Below are positions 51,251 to 61,247 of a stretch of 64,000 nucleotides of DNA, one piece after another. The notes under the pieces were generated by a model. It saw only the letters and a list, made by a program, of their open reading frames with translations. It was not told the origin of the DNA and made no database searches. The DNA comes from Candidatus Bathyarchaeota archaeon (GTDB taxonomy: Archaea; Thermoproteota; Bathyarchaeia; Bathyarchaeales; Bathycorpusculaceae): NCBI GenBank assembly GCA_963717465.1, contig OY970340.1, forward strand, positions 2,528,001-2,592,000. The letters run 5' to 3'. Positions within the stretch are counted from its first letter, which is position 1, and each line of letters begins with the position of its first letter. A program made the translations under genes and the position numbers.

Positions 51251-51829
51251 GTGAAAGAAACCCACGAAGGAAAATCCCACAAGAAATTACTTGCAATAAT
51301 TTTAGCGCTTGCAATTGTTACAATCACAATTATAAGCCTAATCGTTGTAATCCTCGCTGAACCAAAGTTAGCAACAGACGTACAATATCTATCTCCAACA
51401 AGTTATCCAGTGGGATCAACTGTAAGTACTGTGCTGGTTGTTTATGACCCGGGAGCGGACAATTCAGGAAAAAGCGTAGCGAGCCAAATAGCAAGTAACC
51501 TTCAGGCTCAAGGATACTATGTTGACTTGGCAGGCATCGACAGCTCAGTGGCAAAAGGCAACCTCGCCCAATTTACAGTCATAGTAGTTGGAGGCCCATT
51601 AGATAACAACGGGATGGCATCAAGTAAAGTCCAATCATACCTAAGAACCTTGGCTCCAGCAAATGGAACGAAAGTAGGCGTTTTTGGAGTTGGCAATTAC
51701 ATAGTGTTTAACAACAAGATAGCACCATTACCAGGCGGCAGCACTTTAGCAATTAAAGAAATACACGAGATAGATTTAAGCCAAGATACTACCCAAAGCG
51801 CTGAATTTATTACTCAACTGCTCAGCTAA
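51251..51829 (+). CDS. Membrane-anchored flavodoxin-like protein
   Basis: N-terminal TM; VLVVYDPG....KSVASQIA, IVVGGP, VGVFG. Confidence 0.7.
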   Translation: MKETHEGKSHKKLLAIILALAIVTITIISLIVVILAEPKLATDVQYLSPTSYPVGSTVSTVLVVYDPGADNSGKSVASQIASNLQAQGYYVDLAGIDSSVAKGNLAQFTVIVVGGPLDNNGMASSKVQSYLRTLAPANGTKVGVFGVGNYIVFNNKIAPLPGGSTLAIKEIHEIDLSQDTTQSAEFITQLLS

Positions 51830-52049
51830 TAAGTGCAAAAAATATTTTAACACCGAAAAGTTACCCATAGGGTTACAGGCGATAACAGGTTTGGCATCAA
51901 GGCATTGATACCTCCAAGTTCCTATCTGAAGAGTAAGAACCTTCATCTAAAACGTGTTCTACCATATCGCAATAGTATATATAACTTAACGTAAACTATA
52001 TAGAGAACATATTTATCAACGGCGAACCTTCGAGATAAACCAAAACTAA

Positions 52050-53105
52050 ATGGTATTTATATTGCAGCCCTCAAAAGTAAGCGAAGAATTAAGGAAGATT
52101 CAATTCACCGGCGGGTCAACATACATCATTTCATTACCAAAAAGATGGATAGAACAGAATCAACTGCAGCGAGGAAGCATGATCCGCCTAAGAGAAGAAG
52201 ACGGCGGCACCTTATCAATCGAACCTAACAGTGCAAGAATTCAAGATGAACAAAATGAAGCTTTTATCAAAATATCAGCTAAAGATTCCTCAGATCTAAT
52301 CATTCGAAAAATAATTTCCGCCTATCTAGTGGGCTTTAGCATAATTCATTTAAAAGCTGAAAGTCAAAAGCAAATTTCGTCAAAACAAAGATATGAAATT
52401 AAGAATTTTTCAAGACGCATGCTAGTTGGAACAGAAATTGTAACTGATACAGCTCAAGAGCTTACTATGCAAGTGCTCCTAAGTTATCCAGAACTCTCCG
52501 TTCAAAGCGCCTTGAATCGAATGAGTATAATAACAGCATCCATGCACAGAGATGCCATGACTGCGCTTAAATGTCTTGATTATCAGCAAGCCAAAGAAGT
52601 AATAATAACCGATAATGAAGTTGACCGATTCAGTCTCTACGTTGTAAGACAGCTTAAGACCGCAATTCAAAACCCAAGAATCATAAAAGAAATAGGTTTA
52701 CAAAACGCAAGAGACTGCTTAGGATACCGTTTAGTAGTTAAATCAGTTGAAAGAGCAGCAGACCACGCATCAAACATTGCAGAAAACATTCTAGCTTTGC
52801 AAAAGCCTCCAGAAAAAGACCTAGCTGAAAAACTTGAAAAAATGAGTACCATTGCAATTTCAATGTTTGAAACGGCCATAGAAGCACTATTCAGACAGGA
52901 TTACAACCTCGCAGAAAGCATCATTGAAAAAATCAAAGACGTTGAAAACATAGAACGTGACGCAGTTATTTTATCACATAAAATAGAAAGTGAACAATTA
53001 GTCTATCTTAGGCTGGCAATCGAAAGCATCCGCAGAACAGCCGAATATGCAAGCGACATCGCCGAATTTGTCCTAAACCTAACAATTAAATCAATTCTAA
53101 ATTAA
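52050..53105 (+). CDS. phoU: Archaeal phosphate uptake regulator (AbrB/SpoVT N-terminal domain plus PhoU repeats)
   Basis: RKIQFTGGSTYIISLPKRW; DNEVDRF; VERAADHASNIA; IRRTAEYASDIAE. Confidence 0.92.
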   Translation: MVFILQPSKVSEELRKIQFTGGSTYIISLPKRWIEQNQLQRGSMIRLREEDGGTLSIEPNSARIQDEQNEAFIKISAKDSSDLIIRKIISAYLVGFSIIHLKAESQKQISSKQRYEIKNFSRRMLVGTEIVTDTAQELTMQVLLSYPELSVQSALNRMSIITASMHRDAMTALKCLDYQQAKEVIITDNEVDRFSLYVVRQLKTAIQNPRIIKEIGLQNARDCLGYRLVVKSVERAADHASNIAENILALQKPPEKDLAEKLEKMSTIAISMFETAIEALFRQDYNLAESIIEKIKDVENIERDAVILSHKIESEQLVYLRLAIESIRRTAEYASDIAEFVLNLTIKSILN

Positions 53106-53662
53106 CTCACACAAGATAGAAATAAAAAAAACAGATTCTAATAATTGGCAGCCTACATTCACAAGAAACAAGAGAAAATCAAGTTCTCCATTTGAAGATT
53201 TTCATTCAAGGCGCTCCTCTTCCTTAAGAATTTTGTGCCTCAAATTCATCACTAAGCAAGCGATAGTTTGGACAACATTTTAGCCCTTATAAGCCTTTGT
53301 TGTCGCTGCATTGATACAGCACATTTTTAATAATCAAAAGCAAGCAAAGGATTTGCAATAAACCTTAAGGGTGTTAAAAATGATAAAGAACATTGAAAAA
53401 ACATCCGACAACCACAAGAATCAATCTTTCACATCCATGGTTTACATGCCGCGGGTTCATGACGTGCGTTCCCCATGCCAATGGCTTGAAAACTGCCACT
53501 CGGGAAAATGCCTTGCGTTAACTAAAATTAACGGCAACTTTTACTGCGCGCGACCAGGCCAAATCCACACATAGAAACTTTCTCAAATGAAATAGTAAGA
53601 ATTAAATTTCGAAAACAATAAACTGTTGAAACAAGTCTTCTCAACTGCTGGGATTTAGGGAT

Positions 53663-54148
53663 ATGAAACAAAGGGAATCATGCGAAAACACTGATTATAC
53701 AGACGGCTTTAAGATTTCTCGAGAAAAGGATGGCTCTTTTGTAGCTGTTAAAGGTAAATATAGACTCAAGGCAAAATCTGCCAAAGAAATCAAAGAGTTA
53801 ATACAGAACTTCCATGAACCGTCTGCTGACAAAACAATAAAACATACAGCTAAGGCAGGAAGCTCTCATGATGAATGCGTGAGAACTATTGCTGAAGATC
53901 TTAAAAAAGACAATTGGCTGGTTAGGGCGAACACTGAAGGCTATGAAAAACCCGTAGAAATCGGCGACCGCATCCCCGATATAGTGGCACATAAAGGTTG
54001 CCAAAAAAGGATCTGCCAAATAGTATCCAAAAAAGACTTTGAAGGAGACATAGCAAATTACCGAGACTTTAGAAACTACTGCAAAGACTACGACTTTCAA
54101 TTATACATTGTTGACAAGAATGGCAAACCAAAAAACGTTGAGTTCTAA
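53663..54148 (+). CDS. Hypothetical protein; C-terminal half has a possible PD-(D/E)xK-like fold
   Basis: 161-aa ORF; H...V..IA..L...W.V.AN..G...P....IPDIVA. Confidence 0.5.
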   Translation: MKQRESCENTDYTDGFKISREKDGSFVAVKGKYRLKAKSAKEIKELIQNFHEPSADKTIKHTAKAGSSHDECVRTIAEDLKKDNWLVRANTEGYEKPVEIGDRIPDIVAHKGCQKRICQIVSKKDFEGDIANYRDFRNYCKDYDFQLYIVDKNGKPKNVEF

Positions 54149-54273
54149 TTTCAAAAACTGCATCGGCATGCGGCACTTGACCGCAGGCAAATGTCACTAT
54201 CGCTTTGTCCGTAGCTAGCACAAAACGTGCTCTTGCCATATGAAAGAAAACAAAAAAAAGGAGAAGTGTACGT

Positions 54274-55500
54274 TTACTTTGGAGCTGGCGGCGAACTACT
54301 TTTCCGTCTCAACATCACCAGCGCCAGCAAAACAACCACTACTACAACAACTACAACCGCAATCGCCCAGTATGGAAATGAACTAGAAGAACTCGCATTC
54401 GAGCCGCTAGGACTTGAAGAAGCGGTTGGGCTCGCAGTCGGAGTCGGCGTTGTACTGCCAGATGCCGTTGCAATTGAAGAATCAGAGAACACCATCAGTT
54501 CGCTGTCAGTGGATCCGAATGTTTCACCCTTGCCAGAATCATAAACCGCCTGATAACCGTAGATGCTGGCTGGAAGATTTGCAATCACCTGGTATGTGCT
54601 GTCCGATATTACTTGACCGCCGATGAATATCCATCCTTTACCCGAATCATACGCTGCATTTGAGAAACCTCCTGTTACGCCAGTTATGTTTGCTACCACA
54701 TTATAGTTGCTGTCATCTATGGCTGAAACGACGTAGCCGCTGTTATAAGTGAGTGCGAATATTTCGTTTTTGACTGGATCATAAGCTAAAGCATATGCGG
54801 TCATGTTTATGGTTTTAACCACCGTGTCGTTATTATCCGATATAACTGCTATACCGCCTGGCAAACCCTCAACGCCGCTATATGCAACAAAGATTTCGCC
54901 CGTGCCATTATCATAAACCAAACTTCCAAGACCTCCTCCCACGCCTATACTTGTAAAGACGATGTTGCTGCTATCGTTTATGACGTAGACACTCGAAGTG
55001 TAACCGTAAGTATCGGTTACGAATATCTCGCCTTTACCAGAATCGTAAGCCATCTGCCCAGGTTGGCTCGGAAAGAGGTCTGCTGAGTCTCCTGGTGAAG
55101 AATATGTTATGCTATCGACGATGCTGTTGTTGCTGTCCGAGATAACCGTGATCAGTGGATTAGTGTATTCTGATGGTGAAGCGCTCCCTGAAGAGGCAAA
55201 TATTTCGCCTTTGCCCGAATCATACACTAAGCCATTATTATAACTGTTTGTAACTCCTATGGTTATGTTTGCAGGAGCCTTGTTTGTGGTGTCATTAATA
55301 ACTGAGACAAAGCCATCGCCGTATATATCACCATATTGCGCGAAAATTTCGCCTGTATTGTTATCATAAGCCAAGTTGCCTGTGAGTGCTATCGTACGAG
55401 TTGGCGTAAGCGTTGAAGTCGCACTTGCAAAATTTACTGATGACAAAGCAAAAACTGCAATGAATAATATACCTAATATTTCCCAAATTTTATACTTCAT
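54274..55500 (-). CDS. YncE-like beta-propeller surface protein with TM anchor
   Basis: About 7 repeats of (L/M)(A/V)YD.GKGEIFV...V.VI.DS.N; ST-rich linker; poly-Val TM followed by RRK. Confidence 0.82.
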   Translation of the reverse strand: MKYKIWEILGILFIAVFALSSVNFASATSTLTPTRTIALTGNLAYDNNTGEIFAQYGDIYGDGFVSVINDTTNKAPANITIGVTNSYNNGLVYDSGKGEIFASSGSASPSEYTNPLITVISDSNNSIVDSITYSSPGDSADLFPSQPGQMAYDSGKGEIFVTDTYGYTSSVYVINDSSNIVFTSIGVGGGLGSLVYDNGTGEIFVAYSGVEGLPGGIAVISDNNDTVVKTINMTAYALAYDPVKNEIFALTYNSGYVVSAIDDSNYNVVANITGVTGGFSNAAYDSGKGWIFIGGQVISDSTYQVIANLPASIYGYQAVYDSGKGETFGSTDSELMVFSDSSIATASGSTTPTPTASPTASSSPSGSNASSSSSFPYWAIAVVVVVVVVVLLALVMLRRKSSSPPAPK

Positions 55501-55679
55501 GAGCTATCCTTCCCTTGCCTTTTGAAGCGAACATTATTAATTTAAGGCTTACGCTTGAATGTATATGACGGACCAAAAATAAATTTTAGATGCCTCACAA
55601 AATGCCTAGCAAAAATATTGCAAAATTTACTCTCAAACTTGCTAGCTCAAGAACCTAAAAAAACAAAAAAACGAGGTTT

Positions 55680-56147
55680 TTAGCTGTTGCCATTAATTAT
55701 GATGTTTACGCTAAAGGTTGTGACACCGCTGATAGTAGATAATATGCTAAGGGTTAGCGTCGCGTTCGTTACTTGATTAGCGGCTAATGTTGCTCCTTCG
55801 CGGTTCCAAGATAAAGTAAGTGGTCCATTAGCAGTTGTCGGATTCCAGTTAGTGCTTGTTAGATTCAAAGTGAGTTGAGTATTACCAACATTTTTGATAT
55901 AAATAATTTCGGTTACGGAATTCCCTGCGGTAACGTTGCCCCAATTTATCGATGACAAAGACTGAGTGCACGCGCTGTCAGAGTAAACTCTCAAAGTCCC
56001 AGTTGCTAGAACTCCGCTTGACGGAATATTTGCCGATGAAACTGGCGCCCCTGAAGAAAGAACAGCCAACACCATACCAATTGTCACTGCAGTAACAGCA
56101 ATTAACACAATCCATTTTTTTAAGTTCAAGTCTTCCTTCTCCTGCAT
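55680..56147 (-). CDS. Small secreted beta-rich protein
   Basis: Hydrophobic N-terminus; VYSD..CT...I.WG....G......YIKN.GN. Confidence 0.6.
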   Translation of the reverse strand: MQEKEDLNLKKWIVLIAVTAVTIGMVLAVLSSGAPVSSANIPSSGVLATGTLRVYSDSACTQSLSSINWGNVTAGNSVTEIIYIKNVGNTQLTLNLTSTNWNPTTANGPLTLSWNREGATLAANQVTNATLTLSILSTISGVTTFSVNIIINGNS

Positions 56148-57005
56148 ACATCTTTATGAAATCAGTCAATAAACATTAGTGTACAAATAAAAAACGGATA
56201 AACACAAAAACAATAAAGCGCTTAGAAGCTTGGGGAACAATACTTAAGGAAGGCAAAACTGGCGATAAACTCACTGGCTTAACAAGTTCAAATTTTAACC
56301 CTCCTTGCGTCAACATAATGGTTTAATTTGCATTATCTGTAGCTTAATGATCGGTAACGCATGTAGAGTAAATAACGCCCAGGCAGAATCTAAACAATTA
56401 CCTAATTAATTGGTTATTTCAAGTTTTGATTTGAATACTTATTCAATATCTATAACAATTTTAGACAAAACGATATTTTTTAAGCAAGACTCACAATTAC
56501 TTATTTAGGAAGAAAGATCAATGTCAAAAGAAGAGTTTTGGATTCCACTGTCGCATGGAACAATTTCACGGTTTCAGAATTAGAGGAGATTATTGGCCTT
56601 GCATGGCCTTAGAACAGCTAGGCATCGCCAAGACGAGAACATGATTGCATCTATTAAACGAGATATAAGTCTAAGAGAAAAGAAATTTAAGAAAAATGAT
56701 GAAGGCTTGAGGTCAATATCTAGAACTCAACCATTTGAAGAAAGCCTGTTAGTTGCAAATGTTTAATCGTTTAAAGCATTACTAGCCACCTACTAACTCA
56801 TTGAACCCCAAAATAAATCAATCTAGAGTAAACAATGCATGCAGAAACAGAGCATAGAGCAAGCAGTTACATTAATAATTGCAAAAATATTCTAAAAAAT
56901 CACTTTTCAAAAAATCTTGTGACTGCAAGTTTGTTGCCACATAAGAATAAATTACTTGCATTTCTAAAATAAAATAGAAGTTGCCAAATAGATGGAGGTG
57001 ATTTT

Positions 57006-57275
57006 TTGGATCAGGAAAAAGAATGCGGTCATGGTCCATGGGAAGGCCACGGCATGATGCCTTGGCAAAAGCCTGAGATGGGCATGGGCATGATGGGTAT
57101 GAAGATGGGCATGTTGCTGTCGGGTATGCGTTGCCCAGTTTGTGGTGAAATGTTGCTTAAGCCGACAAAGGAAGAATTGATTGCAATGATGGAGCGCAGA
57201 AAGAAAAGGCTTGGGGCAGTAATCAGCCACCTAGACAAGGAAATTGAGAAATTGAAAGCATCTCCAGAAATGTAG
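57006..57275 (+). CDS. Small Met/Gly-rich protein with CxxC and a C-terminal coiled coil
   Basis: GGAGG upstream of TTG; MGMGMMGMKMGM, CPVCG, coiled-coil tail. Confidence 0.6.
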   Translation: MDQEKECGHGPWEGHGMMPWQKPEMGMGMMGMKMGMLLSGMRCPVCGEMLLKPTKEELIAMMERRKKRLGAVISHLDKEIEKLKASPEM

Positions 57276-57399
57276 CGAAAAATCCTTAACTTATATTCTT
57301 CGTGTCCTTTCACCTAGTTTTTACATTTTTTAGCAATATAGCATTCTTCTAAATTATCCTGCAATAAGATAACAAATGAGGATAGGTCTAACTATTTTC

Positions 57400-57822
57400 T
57401 CAATTGAATTTTATTAAAGAAGAAGAGGGTTGAGCCGTTCGTGTGTTGCTATCTTTCCTATCGATCCCGCTTAATCCTATGTAAAGTAATGAAATAATAG
57501 GCACAATGAAGCCGAAGGCTGCACTTGACTGAAGTGTATATCCCCAAATGTCAAAGCCTATTGTTGAAGCGCTGGTTATTATAATTGCCCAGAAACCCCA
57601 CGATTGATTGCTCAAAAGACCAAAAGCTGCAACGAGTCCAAATACACCCAGTGTAGAAAACATCACGAACAAGAATACTGAGGTTTCATAGGTTACTTGA
57701 TTATTTAAAAACTTTAAAAACTGGCCCATTCCACTAGGCATTCCGGCTACAGAAAAAAACAGTCTTCCTATAGACTGAAAGACCCATAGGAGTGCGATAA
57801 AAACAGCACCTTTCCTATGCAT
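57400..57822 (-). CDS. Four-TM membrane protein
   Basis: Hydrophobic helices; likely start ATG 57822. Confidence 0.65.
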   Translation of the reverse strand: MHRKGAVFIALLWVFQSIGRLFFSVAGMPSGMGQFLKFLNNQVTYETSVFLFVMFSTLGVFGLVAAFGLLSNQSWGFWAIIITSASTIGFDIWGYTLQSSAAFGFIVPIISLLYIGLSGIDRKDSNTRTAQPSSSLIKFN

Positions 57823-57877
57823 TGCAGAATTTCTGCTGCGATTTGCGGAGGAAAGGCTTTCGTGCAGATTTATCATA

Positions 57878-58430
57878 TCACAGTTCACCTCCAAGCTCAT
57901 CATTCACAAAATCTAAAATTGGCACGACTGCTTCTTTTCTATTCCAATCCACTGTTTTGTGCAAAAATGCAAGTTGTTTTTTAGATTTTTCGTCTTTATT
58001 TAACCAAACATCGAATCTGAGCTTTCTAATGGGACCAAAGTTCATTAGGAATTTATCTTTGAAGTCTAACTTGCTGTAGTCGTAAGCGCCAGGCAGGGGG
58101 AAATACTTAATCTTACGTCTAATTTCAGATGGAAGACTTAAATCGATTGCCGTTTGTTGTTTTGGGTAAATCTCAGACTCGCCTGTTGAGGCAAAAACAA
58201 CGACGTTCTTCTTGCTCATCAAGCTCCAATTGTGCTTTATGAATTCGATTCCTTTGATTTTTCCCCTATGAACAAACGACCCAAATATTACCGTTGCGCA
58301 ACTGTCAAGAGTGGAAGAGTTAAAGTTTGAAACATTAAACATTCTTGCGCCCAATTCTTCTTAAATCCATTTAGCATAGCGCTTGGTCGTTCCGTACTTA
58401 GATCTGTAGACGACGATTATGTCCCTTCTT
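57878..58430 (-). pseudogene. Flavodoxin (HemG/Flavodoxin_5-like) domain interrupted by an in-frame TAA at 58361-58363
   Basis: IIVVYRSKYGTTKRYAKWI*EELG...VIFGSFVHRGKI...VVVFASTG reads in a single frame. Confidence 0.75.
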
Positions 58431-59383
58431 TTTGATTTTCCAACGGTATCAGTTTCTTTTTCATCATTGGTTTTTGCCCGCCATAAATGAGTTCTACTTG
58501 GCAATTTTGTCCTAATCAGATAGAAGAGACCGGCGTATGCAAGTATCGCTAGCACTGGAAAAATTACTATTCCTGTTGTTCCAGATCCTATAGTTACCGT
58601 TGGATCGCGATTAATTACTTCGATGACTGCACTTGCGTTGACTGCAGTGGCAAGCGTGATGAAGAAGCCGAAGAAAAGCAACAGCAAGGGATAAGCCTTT
58701 TTTGGCTTAGACAGCAAGAGCAAGAGTGACAGAAAGCCAACAGGAATTGTAATTCCAAGATCCATGAATTTTACCATCCACCAGGAGGTCGGTGTTGCCA
58801 GGTAATCGCCTGTCAATGTATTGCCAGTTGAAATAACTTGAGCAACTTGGGAGACCCACATAAATGCAAACATTAGCAGGAAAACTGACATAATCCCAAC
58901 GTATATTCGAAGTACTTTAGGATTGAAGATAGGAGCATCTTTACTTGTAAATCTAGTTAGTGTACCTATGAGTAATATTAAGCCGCCCACCGTCAAAAGA
59001 AGGAACAAGCCACAGAATGCTTCAGAATTCCCAACATATGCAGGATTTCCCCATTCCTGTCCTATACCATATTCCAGTCCAGAGTACATCAGCATAATTG
59101 GCGACAAAATCAAGAAGTACTTAGAACCATCTTTTTTTAGAAAGTCGAGGATTTCACCCGTAATTAAAATTGGCACAAGAACGATTAAGTTCGTAATGTC
59201 GAAAGCTTCTGTTTGCCAAATTCCGGATAATGATGTTCTATAATGAATAACATTGAGCATTGCTGGTCCTAAAAGCGCTATCAATACAAGAGTTACAGCA
59301 CAAACAAACGCGGTAATACCTACTACTTGACGTGGAATCAAATCATCGTTCTCAGCTGTCAATGACTTACTTCCTCCTTTCAA
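58361..59383 (-). CDS. Multi-TM membrane protein whose tail runs in frame into the flavodoxin N-terminus
   Basis: About 8 TM; MDLG...P motif. Confidence 0.7.
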   Translation of the reverse strand: MKGGSKSLTAENDDLIPRQVVGITAFVCAVTLVLIALLGPAMLNVIHYRTSLSGIWQTEAFDITNLIVLVPILITGEILDFLKKDGSKYFLILSPIMLMYSGLEYGIGQEWGNPAYVGNSEAFCGLFLLLTVGGLILLIGTLTRFTSKDAPIFNPKVLRIYVGIMSVFLLMFAFMWVSQVAQVISTGNTLTGDYLATPTSWWMVKFMDLGITIPVGFLSLLLLLSKPKKAYPLLLLFFGFFITLATAVNASAVIEVINRDPTVTIGSGTTGIVIFPVLAILAYAGLFYLIRTKLPSRTHLWRAKTNDEKETDTVGKSKRRDIIVVYRSKYGTTKRYAKWI

Positions 59384-59609
59384 TTAGTTTTTTTATCTCA
59401 TTTTCAGTGATGCAAACTCTTAGAATCCCCTTGTCGCCAATAACCTCTAGAACAATGCCTTCGGCAAGTCTCGCGCTTTGAAAATGTCCAATTGTGCCTT
59501 CAACCAGCACATTTTCTTGGGAGGCATTCGTCATGCTGACGCTTTTGAGGTTAACTTTTGATTTAAGTTGGATTGAGAACGAACATTCTTTAGTTAAACT
59601 ATTTTTCAT
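59367..59609 (-). CDS. Small hypothetical protein, first gene of the operon
   Basis: 80-aa ORF overlapping the next gene. Confidence 0.65.
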   Translation of the reverse strand: MKNSLTKECSFSIQLKSKVNLKSVSMTNASQENVLVEGTIGHFQSARLAEGIVLEVIGDKGILRVCITENEIKKLIERRK

Positions 59610-59689
59610 AGCATTTTCCTCAAGTAAAGCTAAGGGTTAAGAAAAAGTGATTAGGTTTATTCGACAAGCATGTTTAATATTACACATTA

Positions 59690-60469
59690 ATGTGTAAGTT
59701 GAGGAGAAGATTGAAGTTGGGAAATGCTCAAGGGTTACAGAATTTGTTTTTTGATTTGGCAAGTGAAAGCCGGCTTGGAATTCTTTACGAGCTGAAAGGG
59801 CAGCATATGAAAATGAATGATTTGGCTCGGAAGATGGATTTGACGGCCACTGAAGCTTCAAGGCAACTGCAACGCTTAAGCGAGGCACGGCTGGTTGAGA
59901 AGCAGCCTGAAGGCACCTACGCCCTTACTGAGTACTGCAAGCTTATATTGCAGTTATCTCCTGCTCTCGAATTTGTTTTTAACCACAAAGAGTATTTTCT
60001 TACTAGAGACATTTGGCGGCTTCCTCATGAATTCCTCAATCGGATTGGCGAATTATCGGCAACCACTTTAGAAACTAATGTTGCTGATGCAATCAACCAC
60101 GGGCAGCAGATGGTAAAAAACGCAGAGGAATATGTGTGGACGCTACGTGACAAATCCTTTGATTCCATGGGTCCATTGATGCTTGATAGGTATACCGGCG
60201 GCGTAAAGTCATTCAAATTCATGTTCGCAGAAGGTTTACGTTCACGTTACAAGCCATCTCAAGGACGACCTGAAATTGAAGAGAGAATACTACCAAAAAT
60301 TCCCGCAATAATAGTTTGCACAGAAAAAGAAGCGGCAGTGTGCCTGCTTACTTCCGATGGACGAGCAGACTACTCAGGTTTCTTCGGCAAAGACTCTATG
60401 TCCAAGAAATGGGTGCATGAGCTCTTCCTCCACTTTTGGAAAATCGGAAAACGGGTTTTCTCAACCTGA
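59690..60469 (+). CDS. Winged-HTH regulator, paralog of 4837-5628
   Basis: LQNLFFDLASESRLGIL...EASRQLQRL; TEKEAAV...DGRADY. Confidence 0.8.
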   Translation: MCKLRRRLKLGNAQGLQNLFFDLASESRLGILYELKGQHMKMNDLARKMDLTATEASRQLQRLSEARLVEKQPEGTYALTEYCKLILQLSPALEFVFNHKEYFLTRDIWRLPHEFLNRIGELSATTLETNVADAINHGQQMVKNAEEYVWTLRDKSFDSMGPLMLDRYTGGVKSFKFMFAEGLRSRYKPSQGRPEIEERILPKIPAIIVCTEKEAAVCLLTSDGRADYSGFFGKDSMSKKWVHELFLHFWKIGKRVFST

Positions 60470-60556
60470 CTAAACAAAAAATAGTATTCCCTAGCACTAA
60501 ATCTATTAGTGAAATTCTTAATCGTTTGAAAATTTAGGCAAATTAGAGCACTGCTT

Positions 60557-61039
60557 CTAGTCCCGGTTTAATTCTTTTAGTAGGGCTTTAGCGTTGGGTG
60601 AAAGCTCAGGCTTATTTTTTCCGCCTATTAACAAGAACAATGAGCCTATAGTGATTAATGCTAGCCCGAAAAATGCCACACTTATCGCTGGTAAAACTTC
60701 GAAGGTGAGCCCGAAAGTGAAAAAAATCATCGCAACGCCCATGATAACCATTATCCAGTTGTTCATGGAAGCTGTTGAGTACAGGGCGAATTCTTTTTTT
60801 CCTGTATCAGTCACAAGGAAATAACCGTGCTTCTCCTCTATCATGCCGGCGCTGATTAAGTAGTTCCAATCATAGTGAAAATGTCCATCAGACTTGTAGC
60901 CAATTGCAGAGCTGATGCTTGACTTGACGCCTGGTTCAGCTTTGATTCTGCTGCTTGGCGCTGAATAGATGAAATAGAGCAGTTTAGTTCTTGGCGACTG
61001 AATATCCGCACTTATTCCACGAGACTTTGCCAACTGCAT
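60557..61039 (-). CDS. Winged-helix-like N-terminal domain plus two TM helices (putative membrane-bound regulator)
   Basis: GHFHYDWNYLISAGMIEE..G...VTDTGK wing motif followed by two hydrophobic helices. Confidence 0.6.
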   Translation of the reverse strand: MQLAKSRGISADIQSPRTKLLYFIYSAPSSRIKAEPGVKSSISSAIGYKSDGHFHYDWNYLISAGMIEEKHGYFLVTDTGKKEFALYSTASMNNWIMVIMGVAMIFFTFGLTFEVLPAISVAFFGLALITIGSLFLLIGGKNKPELSPNAKALLKELNRD

Positions 61040-61247
61040 CCACTACCTAAAGCTAAGCAGCAAAGATGGAAATAAATAACGCTCCTGTTTTTGCATGCTT
61101 CTATCAAGATGAATTATTTCTTTATGACTCTAACTCTTAGAGTTATGACTCTAAACATTAGTGCACGTTTGGAGCTGATTTCTAAATGTTAGGGCTATAT
61201 CCTCCATGCTACAAGTATACTTCCCAAAAATAGGAGAAGCAAAAAAA

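Noticed and set aside
54227..54544. Poly-Thr ORF and similar short overlapping ORFs throughout the track
   Set aside because: Antisense shadows of well-supported genes (here the poly-Val TM of 54274-55500)
56521..56766. Possible small degraded gene in the AT-rich spacer
   Set aside because: Short broken frames with no recognisable motif
56964..57230. His-rich minus-strand ORF
   Set aside because: Antisense shadow of the ATG-rich gene 57006-57275
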